From positions 6,288,208 through 6,336,506 of the forward strand of contig CM119264.1 of NCBI GenBank assembly GCA_051294375.1: a DNA stretch of 48,299 nucleotides, given 5' to 3'. The notes under the pieces are model-generated. The model saw nothing but the letters and a program-made list of their open reading frames with translations, was not told where the DNA came from and did no database searches. The stretch is from Paraspadella gotoi (taxonomy: Eukaryota > Animalia > Chaetognatha). This document shows positions 10,897 to 25,480 of the stretch, piece by piece (position 1 is the first letter of the stretch; every line of letters begins with the position of its first letter). A program made the position numbers and the translations under genes.

Positions 10897-12007
10897 AGTA
10901 ACTAACATTGATAGGAGAAGAGACGGCTATCAAACCAGATCAAACGCTATTCTTTAAAATGATTCGGACCATCGATTCGATTTGTTTTCCATGATACGGA
11001 AGCGGAGAACAAAGAGTCGAAACGAGAGAAAAATAAAAATGCTGGAAAAAAAAAGAAATGGCCACATTCGCTAATCTCAATACCGTCATGTGATGCATTA
11101 TTTTTTATAACTTTAACAACTTGGCTCGTTGTAAAATTCCTATGTATCAAATACAAATAAATTTTCAATTTTGATTTCCTTTTTGTTTCTTTTTACTATC
11201 TGGCTCTTCTGTATGGAAGTGTAGAAATTGGGAAGATAAATCTTATAAAAATTTAAGTTGACCGTTCGACTGGAACAACGTTGGGTTGGAAAAGGCAGAG
11301 GTTAAGAAAGAAGAAAGTGAAGAAAGAAACAAAGAATTTTGGCTCAAAGACAAACTTTTACTAGTAATCGGTCATTTCTTTGAATTCTTACTAACTTCGT
11401 AGCAAATGTTGTGTACATTGAAACGAAAAACAAAATTTTTGTTCGATTCAAGAAGAGCATTTTAATTCAGACAATAATGACTAATTAAATTTAACAATGA
11501 CGACTTTAGTTTGACCAAACTTGACGCATCATAAAACCCTAAAACGGGGACAATTGCAGATGCGAAGGGACCCATTGTAAAGTTAACATTTTTGTAAATA
11601 CATTTGCATCGCGAGGACAAAAGGGGACGTGGGTGAGATCGATTTATGACAATTTTATATTATCATAAACGTACATTAAAACTATGTTACTGAAACAAAC
11701 ATACATTGACGTGAAGAGGGATCCCGGACCCGCCTATCTTAGCGCACGACCCGGACTAATTATTACTTTTATAAATTTTACTACCTTTAAATTTTACTAC
11801 CTAAAAGTTCTGTGCGGATATTCTCGTGTTTTGGTTAATTTACTAGTTCAAAAAATTTAAATTTAACTGATGCTTTAGCCCCAACAGGGTCATCTCGAAA
11901 ATAAACAGTTCAAACACAATATATATATATATTATATAAATATATATACTCTGACTCTTCAGCTTTTAGTAAACGAGTTCGATCACTAGAATCAAAGTTT
12001 TCAATCT

Positions 12008-12537
12008 TCAGTACCGAAATCCACCTTCGTCTCCTCCAACGTTTCGTCCGTATCGATCCACGTCCGCGGCGCCGAACAGTTTCCCCTCGGCGCCTTCCTC
12101 CCCTCCGCCGCGGCATTTTCGCGGCCTCAGCGCCGGATTGAACGCCGCGTAGACGACGCCGCGCAGCGCCGACGCCGCCATGATGAACACGTAGCAGAAA
12201 GTGTTGAACTTTCGGACGGGAATGTCGCCGGCGATGGCGTCGCCCGTGGCGGCGGCTGCGCCACCGACGCCGCCGCCGGCCGACGGAGCGACGCCGCGCT
12301 CGTCGTGCAGCACCCACGCCGCGTAGATGGCGTAGTTGACGAGAAAGGGGGCGTAGCAGAGCAGAGCGAAGAGGGCGGCGCCGATGTTCATGACGTCACC
12401 GCGCCGCGCGGAGCCGGGACGCAGCGCCAGATTGGCGCGGAGCACGACGACGGCGACGGCGATAAAAGGAAGGATGAAGCGGAGCAGGTAGCTGAGGATG
12501 TAGTCGTAAATCCAAACGTAGAGGGCGTGGTCGGCGA
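12008..12537 (-). CDS. Rhodopsin-family GPCR (FMRFamide-receptor/Srw-like), TM5-TM7 and C-tail
   Basis: LYVWIYDYILSYLLRFILPFIAVAVVVLRANLALR (TM5, YxxxY...IPF-like), IGAALFALLCYAPFLV (TM6 CxxP), NTFCYVFIMAASALRGVVYAAFNPALR (TM7/helix 8), then TGA. GC-rich codons. Confidence 0.8.
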
Positions 12538-12880
12538 NNNNNNNNNNNNNNNNNNNNNNNNNCGCGACTATCGGAAAATTTCCCTTCCACTCATGAGTTT
12601 TTAAGCTGGACGGAAGCACAGAAGTCGTCCGTCTTCGTCGTCCGTTCGTCTTCGCTCATCATCGATCGTCGTCGTACTTCATCATCTTTTTTAGCCTCTC
12701 ATTTCCCTAACTCTCCTTTTTCTCACTTTCTTCTTTAAGCCAAAGATTTTTTTTTATTTTGATTAGCGATGACGATGAAAAAGCCCGAAGCAAATGAAAA
12801 TGCTTTTCATTTCCTTTGCATGTTTGGACGCTAATTGCCTCCCCTCTCTATATCTTTCTCTCTCTCTCTCTCTCTCTCCT

Positions 12881-12941
<61 letters not shown>

Positions 12942-13239
12942 TCTCTCTCTCCTCTCTCTCTCTCTCTCCGTTTCAGTTAGCATCATTTCATTGGATCATC
13001 CGTCGTCGTTGTTTATCGCGTATATGTAATCATCGTGATCATTGTCTTCGTCATTCCTCATCGTCATCATCGTCCTCTTTATCGTCCATCATCGTTTCAT
13101 CGTCATCAATCGTCAATGATTCATCGCCTATTGAATGTGATCGTCGCCCGCCGGTCTCGTTTTTTAAACGATCTTGGTGAAATGACACCGAACGAGGAAG
13201 CCCATGTCAGCAACTCTCTCCTACTCCTCTCCTCTCTCT

Positions 13240-13303
<64 letters not shown>

Positions 13304-13319
13304 CTTCGATAGGATGACT

Positions 13320-16300
13320 ACCAAACTATCACCGAGTGCTGAGATCAAAAGCTGCCAAGCCAAACTACTCCTTCGAACCATATTTCTGGCGGGATTTATT
13401 TAGCCTTTCGATTGAATTTTTCAAAAAACATTTTGCCCACGGATCGCTCACTTCGGCAACTCACATCAAATCTATATATATATATCTCTGTATAATAAAC
13501 AAATTCAGAGCATTTGATTCTATATTATGATTCCTTTTATTAAGTTCTTAAATTTGTCATGTTGGCAAGGTAAGTTACGTTGAGATTCAATCAAGTATTA
13601 AGATCGTTCTTTTCTTAGACCCAAGGCTATATCTCTACACGATATCAGCGGCTGACACAATGAACAAATATGTATATATATCTGCTTAAATCTAAGTTTT
13701 TGTTCTTCACAACTACGGGCAACCGTATATATGTTTGACGCGCTTACATACTGGACATATATCCCTATACACTTACTTCGCCGGCGGAAATACACGAGTC
13801 TCTCACCGAAAAATAAGAAGACTTATGTCGCCAAAGCTATCGAAAAATCACCGATTTGTTCAGACAAGAGCTCTCTGACATCTCCCAACCCTAGGTGCTC
13901 GAAGACTGGCTTTACGCTTACTTACTATATTCCATTATTTTTCTTATCGAACGTAATATCCAAAGCTTAACTTATTATCCAGCTAACTAGTTCTCGATAA
14001 TCTATTATCCTAAATAACAAAAAATATCCTGATATTATTCTTTCATTGCTAAACAAAAAATATTTCCTCACAAACGTCCTCTACTTCTCAAATTTCTCTT
14101 TCTAACTTCGCCTGTTTTCTTCTAATATTTTTTTCGTGCTTCTTATCTCTTTTTCTTCTTTCCTTTTTTCCCTCTCTTTCAGTTTCTTGTAAAATATGTT
14201 TCTGTTCTGTATCTTTCTGTTCTATTTGTTTCTTGTTCTCTTCATTATCATTTTGTCTCTTATTTTCTGCGTCCAACCCTTACGGACCGGTTTTATTTTC
14301 CCTCTCTTTCCTCTTTTCGTCCTCCTCCCAACTTCCCTCTCCGCTCCAGATCTTCCTTATTCATGGGCGTTGATTCTGTTCCGTGCTGGGAGTCACGAAC
14401 GACCGGCTTCGAGGATTCTTCGAGACGCTAACGACTCGCACCTTGGGAGGGCCATGCTCCTCACTCAACTACCCACCAACCGAGCACTTCCAGCTCAATT
14501 CTTTCACAAGCCACCACCCATGTCGTCGTGGGCTCTGCAGCACAAAGAAAAGAAAAAATATAGGATAACAAGTTATGCCAAGCAGTCGAGATAGGTAACG
14601 ACAAACAATAAGACGATGAATCATCACTCATGTGTCTATACTAGGCGGATTACGAGGTATGAATGGTTTTGGAGAGTGAACTTGTGGTATAGTGAAACCA
14701 GGTTGTGGATGCTATGAAATAATATTGTTTGCGTGGGTTCCTTTTGTCGTAGATTTGATTATTTAACTTAAGCTGTTATCACATCAATTAAATGTATTTT
14801 CCAAAGTTGTTTAATAATAAAAAAACGATACATAACATAACTTTGAATACAAGCATCAGAGTAACGGGTTTATCAATATAACAGCCGAAAAAAAGGACTG
14901 GATCGGAACACCATCACTAATAACAAATTCTTTAAAAACAGAAGTCTGGATATACATATAAAACCATCACCTATTTCATAAAATAGGTTGTTGAAATAAA
15001 GCCAAAAGTACCTCAGTAAACAAGATGCAAAAAATAAGGTGAATTTGATGAGAACAGGTTAAAGGTGATTTTTTGCTATTAATTCCCATTCTTGTTAAGC
15101 TAGTGGAAAATGTGTTTCTCGTGATTCCTCGTTCGATCAATGCATGTCTTGATTCTCTTGAGTTGTTTCAAAGCGCATTAGATGATTTCGGTGTCGAGAG
15201 AGAGATTCGACGAATGATGTAGTGTAGTTAAAAGCGGGTCTAGTGCACGTTAATATATAGAAAATATACGAGGTCGGGATATTTTCTTAAAAGTGTTAAA
15301 AAGTATTTATAAAAAAAGAGAGAGAAAGAAGTAAGATATAAAAAGGCTACAAATATGCAGAGATGAGAGTTGAAGGAATCGATCTAAAGTATATTTTTTC
15401 AGGGCATTTCGATGGAAGGACATTGGATTGCGGTGATGAATGAATTCTCATCGCGACCATATCCCCCGAGGTTTGATGAGCTGAAAAAAAAGAAAATTCT
15501 AGTGGAGTCAATTCGCTCTTCCATGCTGGCAGGAAGAAGGAGATTGGCATCGTTCCCCAAAGCGAACGAGACATGGAATCTCCTGTACCTTTGAGCACAC
15601 GGTGGCATGAAACAAGCATTTCCTCCTGGGCAAGGCCACGCCTTTCCGTCGGTGCCCAGCATAGCCCTAACCGCCGAGCGTGAAGTGTGGCGGCAGAGAG
15701 GAGGAGATGGATTCTTCAAAGAGACCAGGAAAGGACTGGGAAAGAGGGAAAGGGCTGACAAGGATTGCGGCACGGTGCGAGGGCATGCAAATCGTTTTAC
15801 AAAGATTATAAAGAAGAGTTTATGTGTAAAAGCGGAGTTCAGTGTCGTTATACTTAATTGCTTACATACTATAAGATGGCAAACGGAACATTACGGATTA
15901 AGTTAACGAGATCTCGAAGAATTATGTTTCGGACCTATTATGATATCTACAGAATGTGTAATGTATAATGATGTCGGTAGGTTAATAGAGGTATAGAAAG
16001 AAAAACTAAATAGAAGAAAATCAAAAAATAACAAGACTAAAATAAAGAAAATTTATATATTAATCTCAAACAGAGTACATGCGGCGTGGCTTATGATCGG
16101 AGGGGCTTTTCAATAATTCTCTTGCAAATGATGAAATAAAAAATATATATTATGTGTTTGATTAGTAATTTGTTTTTAATTTATTATATATATTTTTTTT
16201 AAAAACTTCAAAATCTCTTACAATCACGGCGAACAAAAGCATCAGTACCGGATTTAAAGAATGAATCATTATTTAGGAATATTATACATAATTGTATTAC

Positions 16301-19300
16301 ACTAGTTATTAAAAAAAATAAAAACCTCATAGACAAAAAAACAGAAAAAGCATGAGTTAGCTGGTTCAGATTTATTGAGAAGTTTCGAAATAAAGTGATT
16401 TTCGTCTAAAATACTCTAGACCTGTTTGCTTAATGCTCTTACCTTTTTTCTCATGTTATCTCTGTCCTCTTTATGCTCTAATTATGGGCGTCACACATAG
16501 GTCTTATATAGTTCTCTCCTTCCCTACTCTGCCGAGAACCCATTCTACTACGGTGTCCTTCTTGGTTACACTCTTCTCGTCTTTTTTCTTTTCTCTTTTC
16601 CTTGCCAACCCTCTCCTCAGAAATCTCAACATTCGCCTATGGATGTACGTCCTCTGTGCCTCGGGCGCCCTCTCTGCGTTCATTCTTCATGCTGCTTGGC
16701 CTCTTTGTAGAGCAGACCAGTGTACTACTCTATGCTCCTGAGCTTCTCATCGAAGCGACACGTCTTGGGCAACCCCTCAATGCATAACCGTCACTTGCCC
16801 GAGCCCTGCTATCACTCATCATACATCCGGTCAGGTGAGAGCTTTAACTCTTCTGGGCAATAGCTGAATAGTTCAGACTCTTATTCCTTCTTCTGATCTA
16901 AACGCGATCTCATACTTGCTTGTCTCTTGTTTATCATCTCGTGCGACTTTTTTTCTCTTTCCTTTTTTTGTTAAAAGATGTTTTTGTTCTCTGGCTCTTT
17001 TAGGTAATGATACGGCGGAGGATCTGGAAATTCATCGGGTAGTACTCTATTACTACGATGAGATGGATTAGTTAGACTTAAGTACTAAACACTAAGAAAA
17101 TCCATGGCGCACTAATAATATATCTCATAATATCAAGGAGATATCATATGTATAACTATTCAACTGAGCCGACTGATCCGACGACTCAAGCGAATCCCCG
17201 TTTTGAAAGCATATATATGACTGCTCTTTCATCAAAAATTGTGCTCAAAAATTACGTGATCATACACCCCTATTATCCATCATTAAATATATATTGCTCT
17301 AGCACTCGTACCTTCATCTCCTCCCTCTACTCATCTCCTATCACCCTCTCTCTACTCTCTATCCTCTCTCTCTTCTCTAAGTACTACTCGTCTTCATCAC
17401 ATCATCATTCCGGATCATCTATACTTCATATACATCGGCTCTCTTCTCTCTCTCTCATCGTGCCCAGTGATACCTAATACTACTCATCACTCATCTCTCT
17501 CTCATCTGCACTTCCTCATCTCTCAATACTCTCTCTCGATCCCACTCTCTCATTCAACTCATACCAAAACACGGTCTGTACGCCTCTCTCTCGGTGACAT
17601 CACACCGCATTCGCGTGTCGCTGTCGTCCAAAAACACTGAAGTGCTACAAAGTATATATAAAAAATCAATCGCTACTCCAATCCCCGGCCGCTCAAATTG
17701 GAACAAATACTCAAAAGACGCGTGCGGTAAGTAGCACGAGGATTCCGTCGATGAAAAACCTACCGGTCCGTGGATCGAACGGACCGTTCGAGTGCACCGA
17801 GAAAAAGCTTCCGAGAAATTTCTCAAAGAGGGTAAGTTTAAAATGGAGACTTGTTCTGTATGTTGGTAATTTACAGTTTTGACTGTCTGTGACTAATGAC
17901 CCGGGATTTTCACTGGCAAGCCATCTTATAGTGTTCAGGAATCACTCCACAAACCTCTAATACGAACCTTTAACGCGACTCACCCTCAACTTCGTCCCGC
18001 TGCATCATCCCCAACGAGAATGCCAAGAAGTCGGGATTTACATCGAGGGCTTCCCCTTCTCGCTCCATTGATCAACTACCTGCAACGGAGTGCTGCAAGG
18101 TAAGATTCGGAGATGCATGGGGGGGAAGTGGAGCACAGGGCAGTGATATGCAGCCAAGGTGGGCTGTATGATGATTTTCTTCGAGTTCACTTGTCTGAGG
18201 GCTTATGAGTAAAAAGAGCGCCCATTTTTTTATCCGTTTCCTTGGCACCAAATATAAACTTATTATAGACATTTAACGAAATTTAAAAAAAAAGTGTTGT
18301 TTTTTTTTTAGCGTGTGGAACAGTTATAGAGTCACCAGGCATTGAATCATGACTCTCCGGGCGGCGGCTGGGGTTCGAACTTCGAGACGACCCGATGGTA
18401 ATTGCATCAGTGAATTCGAGTTTCTTAATCCCGGTTGGCCATTCACACCCCCCCGGATAGTTGTCATCCTGAATTCGTATATGCGAATTCTTTTTAGTCG
18501 CTTTTCCTTCTCCTCCCTTTTTCTTCTCTCTCTTTCGAACGAGAAGAATCGCAATCCCTTCTTTTCTGCTAATGGCAAAATTGAGTCTTAATAAATGGGC
18601 AAAAAATCACGACCCGAATGGTAAATCCTTAGAAAACGGCATTTTTTTAGAATCGGAGAAGATCGATGACTGTTTGTGGTTTGTCATTCGTCGTTAAAAG
18701 TTAGTTACGTAGTTAAGTAAATTTAGTGGAAATCGTTTATTGCTACAAGAAAAGAAACAGTCTGTTTAAGCGGAAAACATGGAAAAAGCGGCAACGTCTG
18801 TCAACATCGAGTGTCGTTCATTCTTTCTCGTTCGTTATAAAAAAATACGAATTTTAACGAATTTATATCACGCCATTGTAAATTAATTATGTTTAAAATT
18901 CTCACCCGCTCGTATAGAAAACAGGCCACGTCGTTGGCCACTTGGACATTTATTTTAATCAAAACGGCGCTCTTACACCGGAAAAAAAATCTATCTTTAG
19001 TTAAACCGGTTTAAAACCTCTTTTGAGTGTTCCGACTCAGCCCCATGCCATTCACCCGTCGTAATCAGGCATCGGCGGCAAATCTGCCGCATGGATTCCC
19101 CAACCCGAGTGACTTACCACAGACTTCAAACCTCGTTTACTCGATCATCAAATCCCGCCGTTCGCCGCCAAGACCTAACGACGACAAGATAGTGCGGCCG
19201 ATCTGGCTCCTCAAAGCCGCTGACCTTCGGCCGAGCACGATTACAAAGTCGGTCATCCAAGGTGAGTTTAGGTATCGTGGGTCAAATTTTAATGCCGTTT

Positions 19301-20933
19301 TTTAATTTTGATATTTAAAATCTCATACAGAAGGTTTTTATAAACAATTTTCCTCAGTAATTAATTTTCGGCTCTGAGACAAATTATAAGTATATCGACC
19401 CCAATCATCGGCCACGGTCTTCTTCCGCCGCCGGCAAGCTGGCCTTACTAGAAACAGGTACGCGAAGAACGCCCTGGCCAAGATCTTCGTCAAGATGCAG
19501 GGCGCACATCCGCAAACTCTTTCGGTCAAACTCACCTTCCGATAAGAAGATCGCCTAGAAAACAGGGCCATCGCCTTCCATCCAGAGAAACATCCACAGT
19601 AGGTCTCCGTCCACTTTAGCCAATTACTCCAATTAATTTGCAGTCATTCATTTATTTTCTCTTCTCTCTCTCTCCTCTCTCTCTTCTTCTCTCTCTCTCT
19701 TCTCTCTCTCTCGTCTCCTCTCTCTCTCTCTACTCTCTCTCTCGTTCTCTCTATCTCTCTCTCTTCATCCAGATCTACTACCCGCGTTCGTGACTGGGAA
19801 AAATGGATGCCAGTTTTATCAGGCGATTATCTGCGGCGAAACCTGAACAATGCTGGAAGAAGAACCAGGCGGTGAGCGCGCTAAACGCTAAACTCATGCA
19901 GGTCCAGGGCGCCGACGTTATTTCCTTTAATTCAATAAATAAATACTAAAATTTTAAAAATATTATTATTATTATTATTATAATTATATTATTATTATTT
20001 TTCATTTTTTTAGGAAGAATTGATAAGATCAACGGTCGTCATCTGTCATCTCTGCCATCGCTGCATAGGGAGGGGAAGCTGATAAGGTGTCTTCTTTCAT
20101 TTTATATGAAACTATTTTTTTTTTACCAATCAATTCTTAAAAGCTATATTTTTTTTCAGCACTATCATAGTTTTGTAGCTTATGTTTTGTTTTTCCTTTG
20201 CGATGGCGTGGGCCGTCATTCTGAAGGAGCCAACGAGACAAAGAGAAGAGCTTTGAAGAAAAACTTCAAAGGCTTGCTATTCCGTACGAGAAGAAGTATG
20301 TTTTTTCGTAGTAGCCCGATATTTTTTTTAAATATTTATGTTTTGTCTCGTTTTATTATTAATTCACCCACCACCGACCTTTTTTAATCATTATATTAAT
20401 TGTGTTTATCTATTCCTGACTAAACGTACCTATATCTAAAAATTATATCAGACTCACCGTTTTTTAAAAGTTTACCTACAAATCAAAATCATCCACTTCA
20501 ATTCAAACAATCATTTCAAATTCAATCGCAGAAAATCGGGAGCTCTATTCCGTGTGAGATCAAAGTCTTCAAGACCGAGTTACGTCTGCTGACACTGAAA
20601 AAACTGCGGCGCCTACCGGCACAAGAAGGAGCGAGTGTTGGCGAGTCTCTGAAATTAAATGAATTATTTAGTAACATATTATAATTATTATTTTAATTAG
20701 TATTCTCAAGTTACTTAATTTTACGCCGTGCAGCTAGGGAAAGCAGCGGGAAGCAGCGCGGAAAGAAGATTCGGAATTGTGGCGCGGAAATGGAAAAGAA
20801 GGAACAAAGACGAAAACTGAGAAGGGAGAAATGACTGAAACTGAGAGACAGCATGGAGCCCGACCAGAAAAGCGGTGATTGAAGGTCGTGAAAAGGGTTA
20901 AAGGGTGAGTGCAGAGAGTGAAGACCAGCAATA

Positions 20934-21005
<72 letters not shown>

Positions 21006-24000
21006 TAATAATAATAACCAGCTTATTCTTAGGTTAAGAGACATTAAGAAACCAAATTTTTAAAATAAATCTTTAACAATAATTTAAAACACTTTGTAAA
21101 ATATAAACGGGTATAGAGCTTTGTCTATTTGTCCATTAGCGTTATTTGTCAAAGTTTTCCTATCGAAGTTGCTAACCATCATTCCGAGAGTTACGATAAA
21201 ATATTTGTTTATTTCTTTTATATAATTCATAAAGGTTTCTTGAGTTAATTTATTCATTTATCCTTATCTGAAAAGTTTATATGTGTGTTAATTTTGGCCA
21301 CGACACATCCAGACCCCGCAACACTCTGATCATCACCGGCTCTCCCACGCTGAGGAAGCAACGCGATATCGGGGCTCGGAAGATGGATGCGCTAGAGAGG
21401 CTTCGCGTTTGGGCACGAGGGGAGGGCCGAGGTCTGTCAGGTACTGTTCAGTTCGCTCCTGAATAGATCCGCGGTTCGCGTCAGCAGGACATCTACGTCA
21501 GCTGAGCATATCAAGAAAAACTTGCGAAAACACAATGGAGGGCCTTAGTCTATTTGCCCGTAGATGTTAGAAGTTGCAGTTATGGAAATATAAAATGGGC
21601 TGAAGAGGATTCGTAGCGATGAGCAGATAAATATAGCAGTACGAGGTACTGGCTTTACTAATGAGAGATAGTTTTTTTTAGCTTGAGTGGCAAGGTACAG
21701 CATTAAAAGTATAAATTTATTAATATAAAATTAAAAAAATAATAAATTAAATGGATACTGTAGTTCAATATCTTCGCAACGTATGTCCACTACCGAGGTA
21801 ACCTCACACAGTTGTCGAGCTGGTAGAAAACAAAGTTTATGTACAAACAACGGACTTGCATGATTTGCGGGAGTCACCATCATCGCTAACTAAGCAAAAA
21901 CACAACATTGTAGATTTCATTTTAGCCATCTGAGTAGACAGAGCATAATCACAATACTTGAACGCGACAGTCACTATATGTCTGCAGCAATAAAATTATT
22001 CTCAGTCCACATATTGGAGAAAACAACAAAAGGCAACTCTGCATTCAATACAGGTGCAGCACGTCGCGTATCTGGCAAATGCGTCTGCCCGTCCATGCAT
22101 TGTAACTTCGAACCTATTGTCGGCTAAGATGCATTAAAGCGGTACTTTAAGATTCTAACGCATTCGGATCGGTGAGTCGTCCGTTCTGCACGGGCACAGA
22201 GGAAAGAAGAAGGACAATTATAATATCTAAGAACCAAATGTACTTTCAATACTGGCATTCCTAAGTTTACAGAAAATGGCACTTCGCAACCACTGGCACT
22301 TCTGGCATTTGGCTCCATGTGAGAACTGCACACACAAAGGCTTCGACAGTGCGACACAAAGAGCAAGACAGAAACAAACAGACAGCACATCCTGCGATGA
22401 AAAAAAGAAATACCACATGTCGCTCGATATTTCTTCGGGCTGCCCAATACGTCCCGAGATCTGGTATTCATAGTAGTGGCTGGAGTAAATCCTAATCACA
22501 AACGTTGGGAGACTTCGGTCTCGGAAAATGTAGAATGGAGTAACAAATTCCTCTGTTGGCAATGGTGAGATTATCAAATACAAAGATAATTCCCCATCTA
22601 GTAAGTCCTTTTCTGTATGACCTTTCTATATCCATCGCCTCTCGATGAAGTTGGTAGACGGTGAGAAATTAATATCATGAGAATAAGAAGCACTGTGGAA
22701 TGTGGTGGATGGCAACGGAATAAGGACAGCGAGACGGATGAAAAGGCAGAAGAAAGAAGAAAGGTGTGATGGAGGAAAGGCAGGAGAGGAAAGAGCAATA
22801 CATTAAGGATTTGTTTAATGAAAGAATAATGTTGTACAACCGATATTAACAAATTATCCATTCATCTATCAAAGACAAATTATAGAATATGAAGGCATAC
22901 CCAGGTCATGCTGCTTGGATGTATCCCTACTAACTCCGTGGTTAAGCAAATCGCGTTACATGGAAAGACAGCCGTTTATAAAACGATATGAAGATTTTCG
23001 AAAGTCGAAGAAAGAGCACTCTGAATCAACTACAGCAATCACACTTGTTACAAACTAATATAATAAAACAACTAAAGCATAGGATCGTATCTCTGTAGTG
23101 GCACCAAACGACGCGAGCACAAACCCTATAAACCGGAACATATCGACTCTACGAAGACCGACACGGGTATCCCATGTTCAAAGTACAACACTAGTCTCCA
23201 TTTGTAAAACTATTCATCAGCTCCCAGCTGAAACCTGCTTCCCTAATCAATTGAAGTCGGGTATAATATTTCAAAATAATGTTTCAATTGGATGGGACCA
23301 TATAATTTGGCGCGACGGATGGAAAAAGGGAGATCGATAAATGACAACACCTTACTCCCTTATAGTATATTAATCGAATCAGAAACGTACATAAAACTAT
23401 GTGGACTGAAGGAGAAAAACAATACTTACAGACTATGGTGAAGAGGAGTCACCGATCCCGCCATGCTACGTGCGCCGCACTAGCATCAAAAATACAAGGA
23501 AGCTGAACTGGACCTCGGATTCGAAAAATAGTAAAAATTAACGACCTGAAATGACGATCTAACCAACAAACGAGGCACGGATATGCCTCGGGAAGAATAC
23601 TAGTCAAAAAAAAACTGAGCGAGCCCCAACAGCGTTATTAAAAAATTATCCCAGTTTGCAATGTCGAAAAAATATAAACAGCACTGCAAAAAACACGAAA
23701 AAAGCTAATTACTATATATGTATATACCAATAATATACTCTGAGCACCTTCTCGGGGCTGTACATTGAGAAAGCGAGCTGCTTGTCACGTATGGAATGCA
23801 GAAGCTGTCTCAATGCCCTTCACTCAAGTTCAACCCGAAATTCCACTCTACGCCGCCAAACCAACGTCGGCGATACACTGAACATATGCAGAGTCTCACT
23901 GTCCCTGCGCGCAAGGCTTTCACACGTGCCACAAACGCCATGGTCGTGCCCAGCCTTCTGGCGCCCTTCCTTCCCCCTCCGCCGACTTCACTGGCGCACT

Positions 24001-25480
24001 CTAGCGCGGCCTGCCAGGCGCCGTGAATAGAATGATCGTCCGTCAGTGAGGATACGGTACTCGTTTCCGGTTTTCGGTCATTTTGACACATAAAAGAGCA
24101 TTCACATCAATAAATCTATAAATATTTAGATAAACTAGTGCTACCCAGACGCCGAAAGCTAGAACAACAATTTCATGGAAGAACAGCACCACCCCTCAGT
24201 GGCACGCAAGAAGTTGTGGTGTAAATCTATATCGGGACGTACTGGAGAAGTTCTTCCAAAGGCTTTAGTCGATGCCAGCCGGAACGTGACGCGTTTCATT
24301 GTCCACGATGTTACGCACAGTGCGCGTCACGAGGGCCTGACGTCTTCGGGCCGACGATTCACCGCTGCCGTCACCGTATCCGCCGCCGCCGGAGCCGACA
24401 GCGGCAGCGTAAACCCGCGCTCCGTCGTCACAAGCAACCACGCCCGCGTTGTATATGGGCGTACGTAAGCACGTAGGATGAAAGGGGCCTAGCAAGAGCA
24501 GAGGCGAAGAGGGCCGGCGCGAGGGTTCATTGACGTCACCGCGCCTCGCGGTGATCCGAGAAGACGCCAGAGCCACTCCGATGGCAGCGTGCAAACAACG
24601 GCAACAGAGTCTCGAGGCGATCGCATCTTCCTGAGAGAAGAATTAAAAGGTCAAGATGGAGAAGAGCGAGCGGAAAGCAGGTCGCAGTGATGAAGTGGCG
24701 GGTCAGTCGCATAGAAGAGTGCCAAAAACGTAGGAGAAAAATGATCGTGAAACAACGAAAAAAAAGGAGAAGAAACAAGGGACTGGAAGACAAATGGAGA
24801 GATGGCGTTGACTAGTAAGGGAGAAATAAGAAACGACCAAAGACAAGATGAACTAATGAGTAGGAAGAAGAACAAAATTTTAAAAAAGAATTGGTGTATA
24901 TGAAACAGGAAGAAAGGAGGCAGTAGGTCGAGCGAGCGCGAAGGGGCGGGCGGTGGAAGGGTCGGGCGGAGTGGAAAGCAGTGTTTCGGGCAGATGTGGG
25001 CTTACAGACAACAAAAACGGTGATGATGGAAAGTGACACTGAGAGAGGAGAGGCAAGAGAGAGAGAGGAGGAGAGTAGATTAGAGAGAGAGGATGACCGG
25101 AGAATGAGGAGAGAGAGAGAGAGAGAGAGAGAGATGAGTTGAACAGGAGAAAGGAGAGAGAGAGAGAAGAGAGTCGGTCGTTTGAGAGGGCGAATTTCGT
25201 TATTGGCGCGGTCAGTGGGCGGGCCAGAGGAGTTGGGCGAAGCGGGCGGCGAGTGGGCGGCGAGCAGGGGGAGGCGGAACAACAAAAAGGAACGGCGGGA
25301 AATTCGGAGATGAGGTATAAAGGTAGTGAAAGAGAAACGAATCTGTAAAAATATATACTATTGAGGCAAGTTTTCGTGGAGTCTAACGGTGCCTCTAAAC
25401 TCGGCGGCACGGGAACGTGAAGAAAGGGAAAAGGAAAGAGGATCAAACAGAGCATCACCTTTGGCAGATGACGAGAAAGG
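13320..25480 (+). other. ~12 kb noisy redundant copy of the myosin-GPCR locus (about 550-12500); probable uncorrected long-read or haplotype duplication
   Basis: Collinear frameshifted copies of exons and introns at about 13860, 14345, 15400, 17935, 19065, 19410, 19770, 20010, 20225, 20530, 20730 and 21310, and of the GPCR at about 24000-24560. Interspersed low-quality purine- or pyrimidine-rich stretches. Confidence 0.8.

Noticed and set aside
11910-12604. Overlapping Arg-rich and antisense ORFs over the GPCR exon
   Set aside because: They are shadow ORFs caused by the high GC content of the real coding frame.
13320-22100. Functional second myosin paralogue, or a gene needing massive RNA editing or frameshifting
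   Set aside because: Indels are random, equally dense in introns, and grade into low-complexity junk, which is typical of raw long-read error.
22124-23340. Cys/His-containing ORFs as a possible transposon or zinc-finger remnant
   Set aside because: They lie inside the noisy block and no coherent domain motif could be read.
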